Source of the DNA: Patescibacteria group bacterium
Lineage (GTDB): Bacteria; Patescibacteriota; JAHJAL01
Reading direction: 5' to 3'
DNA length: 64,000 nucleotides
Assembly (NCBI GenBank): GCA_036794765.1
Contig: DAIRGB010000001.1
Span: 11,752-75,751, forward strand
Below the pieces are notes generated by a model, which was not told where the DNA came from, ran no database searches, and was given only the letters and a program-made list of their open reading frames with translations. The position numbers were made by a program, and so were the translations under genes. Shown here piece after piece: positions 58,767-64,000 of this stretch (its first letter is position 1; each line of letters starts with the position of its first letter).

Positions 58767-59339
58767 TTACACTTGTATAATTTCTGCTTTATTATTTTTT
58801 TCCATTATTGATATTTTTAGCGGAATTTTTGCTGATATAGCTCGTGTTAAATTTTTTAAACCTTTAATGATTGATTTGTCATCTTCAGTTTTATGGTTGT
58901 CTAAAAAAGCATTTTTTACATATTGTTTCATTTTGTCTAAGTGAAAATGGAATTTATATGGTCTTGAAGCTGTTTTTGATTGATTGTAAATATATTCTAA
59001 TATTATTGAGTTGATTTCTTTATAAGGTCTATACTCTGTTTTTGAAAACTTTATACTATTTTTGTATATTATTACGTTTTCTTTTTTGTTGGATTTATTT
59101 GATTTGCCTGAATTTGTAAGTGGTTTGAATATTACATAGTTTTCCGTAAGTTTTTTTATATGTATTTTGTTAATGTTTTGAAGATAATCGATAATTTTAC
59201 GTTGTGTTCCTCTAGTCATGATAATATTGTCTCCTCCATCTGATAAGGTGATGAAGTTATAAGTAACATATCCCTCTTTGTTTGGTAATAATTCATTGAT
59301 TATTTTATTTACTACATTGAGTTCCCATTTAGTTATCAT
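58767..59339 (-). CDS. Hypothetical protein belonging to the element.
   Basis: 190-aa ORF. K/N-rich. Confidence 0.4.
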   Translation of the reverse strand: MITKWELNVVNKIINELLPNKEGYVTYNFITLSDGGDNIIMTRGTQRKIIDYLQNINKIHIKKLTENYVIFKPLTNSGKSNKSNKKENVIIYKNSIKFSKTEYRPYKEINSIILEYIYNQSKTASRPYKFHFHLDKMKQYVKNAFLDNHKTEDDKSIIKGLKNLTRAISAKIPLKISIMEKNNKAEIIQV

Positions 59340-59402
59340 ATTGGTTTAAAAATTATTATTGCTTTATTTATTAATTATGTTCTGATACGGTCAAAGTAAT
59401 AG

Positions 59403-59987
59403 ATGTCTAATAATTATTATATGAGAAAAAGTATTTATAACAAAAAAGTAGTGATGGCTTATCTGAACGAAGATTTTGATTTATTTGGAGAATATCTGGA
59501 AAAAAGGGACCCAGTGGCTTTGGTCCTTGATGCAATAGAGAAGGGTAATTTTAATCGAGATGCGGCAAGACTAGCCAATATATCAGAATCTGAGTTTTAT
59601 CTTTGGCAACAGGAGAAAATTTCTTTAAATAAAGTTAATCCATACTATAAATTGGAATTTTCGGAGTCGGTTTCCAGGGCTAAAGCAAGAAGAATCAATT
59701 TTCATTTGACTAAAATAAGAGAAGCGAGTGATAAAGATTGGCGAGCCAGTGCTTGGATGTTGGAAAAGATAGAACCAAAAATATATGGTAAAAATACGCA
59801 AATTGGTTTTAACTTTCAACCTCCTCGTATTACAATTGCTACTCAGGAAATTCCAGAGAGGACTGAAGAACAAAAGGAAAAAGATAAAGTGTATGCATCT
59901 GGTTCTGAGGATGTCCAAAAATTTAAAGAAGTAATGGAGGAAATTAAGAGAGATTTGGAAGAAAAGGAGAATCAGGATTATTCCTAA
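59403..59987 (+). CDS. Hypothetical protein with an N-terminal HTH-like segment. It could be a terminase small subunit or a regulator.
   Basis: RDAARLANISESEFYLWQ helix-turn-helix-like. Charged C-terminus. Confidence 0.4.
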   Translation: MSNNYYMRKSIYNKKVVMAYLNEDFDLFGEYLEKRDPVALVLDAIEKGNFNRDAARLANISESEFYLWQQEKISLNKVNPYYKLEFSESVSRAKARRINFHLTKIREASDKDWRASAWMLEKIEPKIYGKNTQIGFNFQPPRITIATQEIPERTEEQKEKDKVYASGSEDVQKFKEVMEEIKRDLEEKENQDYS

Positions 59988-60253
59988 GTGGTGAAATATT
60001 TGATAAATTTTGCTAATATAAAGCCGTAAGTAACAATTCAAGTGCCTAAACTTTGTATTTTATACAAGGCATGGCAGTAAAAACTCAGATACATAAAGAT
60101 GGTCCTTTTGACCAGCTTACTTGTATCTGAGTATATATCCGAAAGGATATATGGTGGACCCGAAAGGGAAAGCCGAGCTGTGTTGGAAGGACCGTTTTTG
60201 GAATGATTTCAACATAGCAGAATAATTTTCTGTTTATTTTTTAAATATATGGT

Positions 60254-60865
60254 GTGACTATGAAAAATTTCTTCAACAAATACACGATTATTGTCGGTGC
60301 TATTTGCTTGGTAGTTGGTTTTTCTTTTGGGGCGGGCGGTTATTATCTGCTTTTGCCTTACAGAACACTAAAAATTACTTCCAATGTTCCAATTCCTGGA
60401 TTGGATTTGATGACGGATACGGCAAAAGAGATATCAAATATTGTTAAACCCGTAGTAGAGAAGAAAATAGGTGAGGATTTTATGTTGGATGATAATATCA
60501 AAGTCACTTACAAATGGACCAAGGAAGAAACAAATCGACTAAGTGACGAAAATAGTTATTTTGGCTATGACCCAAAAGAAGGAATGAAATGGGTAATTTT
60601 GGCTTTTGATGCCGAGAATATTGGAAAAAAAGCTGTAAGTTTAGATATAAACAAAAATAAAGATTTTGTATTATTTGATGAAAATGACAGAGAATATGAG
60701 TCTGATTATGGATATTCTCTTGATAATTATCTTTTTAATTATCAGCTTGTTCCTGCGTTGAAATCTGAAAAAATAGTTGTCTTTTCTGTTCCCAAAGATA
60801 CAAACAAATTCAAATACATTATCTACCATGGAAAGAATGAAGATTATAAATTGATTTTGGGATAA
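60254..60865 (+). CDS. Exported protein with an N-terminal transmembrane or signal anchor and a beta-rich domain (DUF4352-like).
   Basis: Hydrophobic N-terminus IIVGAICLVVGFSFGAGG. Beta-strand-rich remainder. Confidence 0.45.
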   Translation: MTMKNFFNKYTIIVGAICLVVGFSFGAGGYYLLLPYRTLKITSNVPIPGLDLMTDTAKEISNIVKPVVEKKIGEDFMLDDNIKVTYKWTKEETNRLSDENSYFGYDPKEGMKWVILAFDAENIGKKAVSLDINKNKDFVLFDENDREYESDYGYSLDNYLFNYQLVPALKSEKIVVFSVPKDTNKFKYIIYHGKNEDYKLILG

Positions 60866-60880
60866 TACTAAGCAAACACT

Positions 60881-61324
60881 ATGAAAAAATGTCGTTATTG
60901 CATGGAAGAAGTTCAAGATGAAGCAATTAAGTGCAAATATTGTCAAAAAAGCTTATTACCTGAAGGTGTGGCAATTACTGTAATTTCCGATAATGAAAAA
61001 CAAATTGCACGAAGTATTGCAGATTATCTTACTATATCAGGTATTGTTTGGCTTATTATTGGAGCCTTACAAATTGTCGGATTAGTTACTATTATTGCAG
61101 GTATTTGGAATATTATTGTGGCAATATCTCGGTTAAATGCTTCAACTAGGGTATCGAATTTCGATAAAAATATACCAAGGCAATTTGAGAGTATGAGCGG
61201 ATTGATTATTGTTTTGATAGTTAATCTATTCTTGGGCGGAATAATAGGAGTAATTGTCGTTATTTTTGACTTTATTATTCGAGATAAGATTTTATCCAAT
61301 CGTCATATTTTTGAAAGAGATTAA
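60881..61324 (+). CDS. Zinc-ribbon membrane protein.
   Basis: CRYC...CKYC ribbon followed by two or three transmembrane helices. Confidence 0.5.
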   Translation: MKKCRYCMEEVQDEAIKCKYCQKSLLPEGVAITVISDNEKQIARSIADYLTISGIVWLIIGALQIVGLVTIIAGIWNIIVAISRLNASTRVSNFDKNIPRQFESMSGLIIVLIVNLFLGGIIGVIVVIFDFIIRDKILSNRHIFERD

Positions 61325-61332
61325 ATATTTTT

Positions 61333-61626
61333 ATGGATAAATGTCCATTTTGTGCTGAACAAATACAATCAGGTGCTATTTATTGTCATCACTGTAAATC
61401 AGATTTAAAAAAACCTGAGGAAAGAAAAGTATATCGGGATATACAACAGAATAATTCTAATAATTCCTGTTTATGGATAGGTGGAGGAGGATGTTGTTGC
61501 TTATTAGTCGTAATTATTTCAGTATTTATGTTTATGTTCTTTCTGAATGGAATATTTTTAATGGGTAATGCAGCAGTAAAAAATTCAAATCAAACATCTG
61601 TTACAACTATTACACCCAACCCATAA
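61333..61626 (+). CDS. Zinc-ribbon membrane protein, a paralog of the upstream gene.
   Basis: CPFC...CHHC ribbon followed by a Gly/Cys-rich transmembrane helix. Confidence 0.5.
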   Translation: MDKCPFCAEQIQSGAIYCHHCKSDLKKPEERKVYRDIQQNNSNNSCLWIGGGGCCCLLVVIISVFMFMFFLNGIFLMGNAAVKNSNQTSVTTITPNP

Positions 61627-61800
61627 CGACCCGTGAGGTGAATTATTTTATGTGGACTTGATAAAGTCGCCCGAATTACGCGCGAAATTTTTTTTGGGTT
61701 AATAAAATCTTAAGAACAGAAGTGGTAAAATAAAGATGTTTATAAACAAGCGGTATATTTTTCAGAAATAATATTTAAGATATTTATTGATTAAAACAAG

Positions 61801-63486
61801 ATGGCAAAAAAAGATTATACAAACTGGGACAGAAAAGACTTAATTAAAGAGATTGAGCAACTTCGCAAACGCAAGAAATATGGGCTTGTTTGGGAAGAAA
61901 AGCCGGAAAATGTTGTTGAGCAATGCAAAACCGAATTACCAGTTTTAGAAGAAGTCAAAGACAAAGAAATAATTACCGATCCCGACAAACCAGTAAATTT
62001 ATTGATTGAGGGCGACAATTATCATGCTCTTTCTGTCTTGAATTACACTCACAAAGGTAAAATTGATGTTATTTATATTGATCCGCCATATAACACAGGG
62101 GCAAGAGATTGGAAATATAACAATGATTATGTTGATATAAATGATCAGTGGAGACATAGCAAATGGTTATCGTTCATGGAAAAAAGATTAAAGCTTGCCA
62201 AAAATCTGCTCAAAAAAAATGGTGTTTTAATTTGTACGATTGATAAAAATGAGCAAGCTAATCTCGGGGTTTTGTTGCAAGAAATTTTTAATGGAAAAGA
62301 AATAGTATGTGTTACGATCATCCATAATCCTGGCGGTATTCAAGGTAAAAACTTTTCTCATACAAACGAATTTGCTTATTTTATTCATCCTCAAAATGGT
62401 AATTTTATATCAACTATTGCTAGAGATGATGTACCACCGACAGCTTTTCGAGATTGGGGAAAAGAAAGTTCAAAAAGAGAAGCGGCGAAAACTTGTTTTT
62501 ATCCAATTTTAATTAAAGACGAATCTATAGTTGGATTTGGAGGAGTTTCTTTAGATGATTTTCACCCAAAAGGCTCAAACATATTACGAAAAGACGGAAT
62601 TATTGAGGTTTACCCCGTTGATCAAAAAGGCGTTGAACGAAAATGGCGTTTTGGTCGAGAAACCGTTGAGGATATTAAGGAAGAGCTGATTTGCAAAAAG
62701 GTAAAAGGTAAATATTCAATATTCAGAGAGAAAAAAGATTATCGATGGAAAACTGTTTGGACTGAAACAAAATACAATGCAAATGTATATGGAACAAAAT
62801 TACTTAACAATATTATTGAAGCAAAATTTCCTTATCCCAAATCATTATATGCAGTAATGGATTGCGTAAAGGCAGTTATACACGATAAACAAAATTCAAT
62901 AGTGTTAGATTTTTTTGCTGGATCTGGTACGACAGGTCACGCTGTTTTAGAACTTAACAAAACAGATAACGGAAATCGAAAATTTATTTTGTGTACAAAC
63001 AATGAAGACAACAACGGCGAAGGAACAAAAATAGCAGACGACATGTGCTATCCAAGAATAGAAAAAGTAATAAATGGCTATAAAGGTTTGCTAGACGGGA
63101 AAAAATACCAAGGCTTAAATGGAAATTTAAAATACTTTCGCACAACATTTGTATTTGCAGACCCAACAGATAAAAACAAAATTGCTCTAACCGAAAAAGC
63201 AATGGAAATGCTTTGTGTAAAAGAGGATACTTTTGGAGAAGTAAAATCAACAAAGCAATACAAGATTTTCAGAAACAAGAAGCGATATACTGGCATTGTT
63301 TTTGATCATCAAGCGATAAATGATTTTAAAAAAGAAATTGCTAAGATTGACGGCAAATTCAGTCTTTATATTTTCTCGCTTGGCGACGATACTTTTGATG
63401 AGGAGTTTGAAGATATGAAGAAGAAAGTAAAATTATCACCCATACCAGAGGCGATACTTCGAGTTTATCGCAGAATATTTAAATAA
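61801..63486 (+). CDS. mod: Type III restriction-modification Mod subunit, a beta-class N6-adenine or N4-cytosine DNA methyltransferase.
   Basis: Motif IV IDVIYIDPPYNTG precedes motif I DFFAGSGTTGHAV. Confidence 0.75.
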   Translation: MAKKDYTNWDRKDLIKEIEQLRKRKKYGLVWEEKPENVVEQCKTELPVLEEVKDKEIITDPDKPVNLLIEGDNYHALSVLNYTHKGKIDVIYIDPPYNTGARDWKYNNDYVDINDQWRHSKWLSFMEKRLKLAKNLLKKNGVLICTIDKNEQANLGVLLQEIFNGKEIVCVTIIHNPGGIQGKNFSHTNEFAYFIHPQNGNFISTIARDDVPPTAFRDWGKESSKREAAKTCFYPILIKDESIVGFGGVSLDDFHPKGSNILRKDGIIEVYPVDQKGVERKWRFGRETVEDIKEELICKKVKGKYSIFREKKDYRWKTVWTETKYNANVYGTKLLNNIIEAKFPYPKSLYAVMDCVKAVIHDKQNSIVLDFFAGSGTTGHAVLELNKTDNGNRKFILCTNNEDNNGEGTKIADDMCYPRIEKVINGYKGLLDGKKYQGLNGNLKYFRTTFVFADPTDKNKIALTEKAMEMLCVKEDTFGEVKSTKQYKIFRNKKRYTGIVFDHQAINDFKKEIAKIDGKFSLYIFSLGDDTFDEEFEDMKKKVKLSPIPEAILRVYRRIFK

Positions 63487-63497
63487 TTGGAAAAACT

Positions 63498-64000
63498 ATG
63501 CAACTAAAAGATTATCAAAATACGGCTATAAAAAAACTTCTCACCAGAAGCAAGGAATTGTTGGCTCAAAGTGGCGAGAAGAAAGTTAATTTTAAAGCTC
63601 CGACTGGATCAGGTAAAACCATAATGACAGCGGAATTTTTGAAGCAACTTATTGATGATAAGGAAATCAAAACCCCACTTTCGTTTATTTGGACTGCTCC
63701 TCGAAAACTACACAAGCAAAGCAAGGAAAAACTAGAAAAGTATTATGAGGATACAAGGGCTTTGGAATGTTCCGACTTTGAAGACTTGACCGACAAGCAG
63801 ATCGGGGAAAACGAAATTTTGTTTTTGAATTGGGAAAGCATAAACAAGAAAGATAAAAACACGATTGTTAAAGAAAACGAAAAGGAATTTTATCTCGGCA
63901 AAATTGTTGAGAACACGAAAGAAGAAGGGCGGGAAATTGTTTTAATAATTGATGAAAGCCACCACCACGCCACCAGCAAAATTTCTCAAGACTTAATTTC
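63498..64000 (+). CDS. res: Type III restriction enzyme Res subunit (SF2 helicase-like). Partial; it continues past the window end.
   Basis: Walker A KAPTGSGKT. DEAH-like IDESHH. Confidence 0.7.
   Translation, partial: MQLKDYQNTAIKKLLTRSKELLAQSGEKKVNFKAPTGSGKTIMTAEFLKQLIDDKEIKTPLSFIWTAPRKLHKQSKEKLEKYYEDTRALECSDFEDLTDKQIGENEILFLNWESINKKDKNTIVKENEKEFYLGKIVENTKEEGREIVLIIDESHHHATSKISQDLI

Larger units (their letters stand above)
55116..61626. mobile_element. Integrated phage- or plasmid-like element inserted at the 3' end of tRNA-Gln. The right boundary is uncertain and may extend beyond the window through the RM genes.
   Basis: A large serine recombinase gene abuts and overlaps the tRNA 3' end. 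The element carries a resolvase fragment, a replication-type ATPase, small hypothetical genes, and minus-strand genes in an otherwise + strand region. Confidence 0.5.

Overview
This is a 64-kb, AT-rich window (roughly 35% GC). Genes are densely packed, mostly on the + strand, with many translationally coupled ATGA overlaps. TGA is used as a stop codon, so this is standard code 11.

The gene content is typical of a reduced-genome bacterium, most plausibly Candidate Phyla Radiation/Patescibacteria. That placement is an inference from composition and gene repertoire, with no search behind it.

Left to right, the window contains:
1. A coiled-coil hypothetical protein.
2. An ABC-F twin-ATPase translationally coupled to an ABC-2-type exporter (one ATPase, two permeases).
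3. A second ABC-2 ATPase followed by five tandem paralogous permease genes, most preceded by 10-bp phased A-tract repeat spacers.
4. tRNA-Gly(GCC) and an RNase P RNA (rnpB) that the ORF track does not show.
5. A polysaccharide biosynthesis locus: a WbaP-like priming sugar transferase, two GT4 glycosyltransferases, a Wzz-like protein and a 718-aa exported protein.
6. gyrB, gyrA and infB.
7. A 755-aa protein that is a DEDD exonuclease over its first ~170 aa, with the rest of unknown function.
8. der, lepB (convergent), an LCP-family protein, a membrane protein, a parvulin-type PPIase and tRNA-Asp(GTC).
9. A small accessory islet flanked by identical hairpin terminators.
10. An M16 peptidase, ndk, a lipoprotein, a WecA/TagO-like transferase, ribosomal protein L25 and tRNA-Arg(CCT).
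11. A bacterial-PH-domain membrane protein.
12. A divergent cluster of a LysW-like zinc-ribbon mini-protein, a threonine-synthase-like PLP enzyme and an ATP-grasp ligase, next to murD.
13. A Tyr/Gly/Ser/Asp-rich lipoprotein, rpmA, an RNA methyltransferase, dnaE, rplS, rnhB, yraN, gltX and tRNA-Gln(CTG).
14. A phage- or plasmid-like integrated element that starts exactly at the 3' end of tRNA-Gln. It carries a large serine recombinase, a resolvase remnant, a RecA-fold replication ATPase, small zinc-ribbon membrane proteins and a Type III restriction-modification mod/res pair that runs off the window end.

The most unusual signals are:
- Two copies of a long, perfect, covarying inverted-repeat element with a conserved core (5385-5503 and 36824-36940).
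- The 10-bp-periodic A-tract repeat family.
- The expanded permease array.
- The LysW-like/ATP-grasp/ThrC-like cluster.

No CRISPR array was found.
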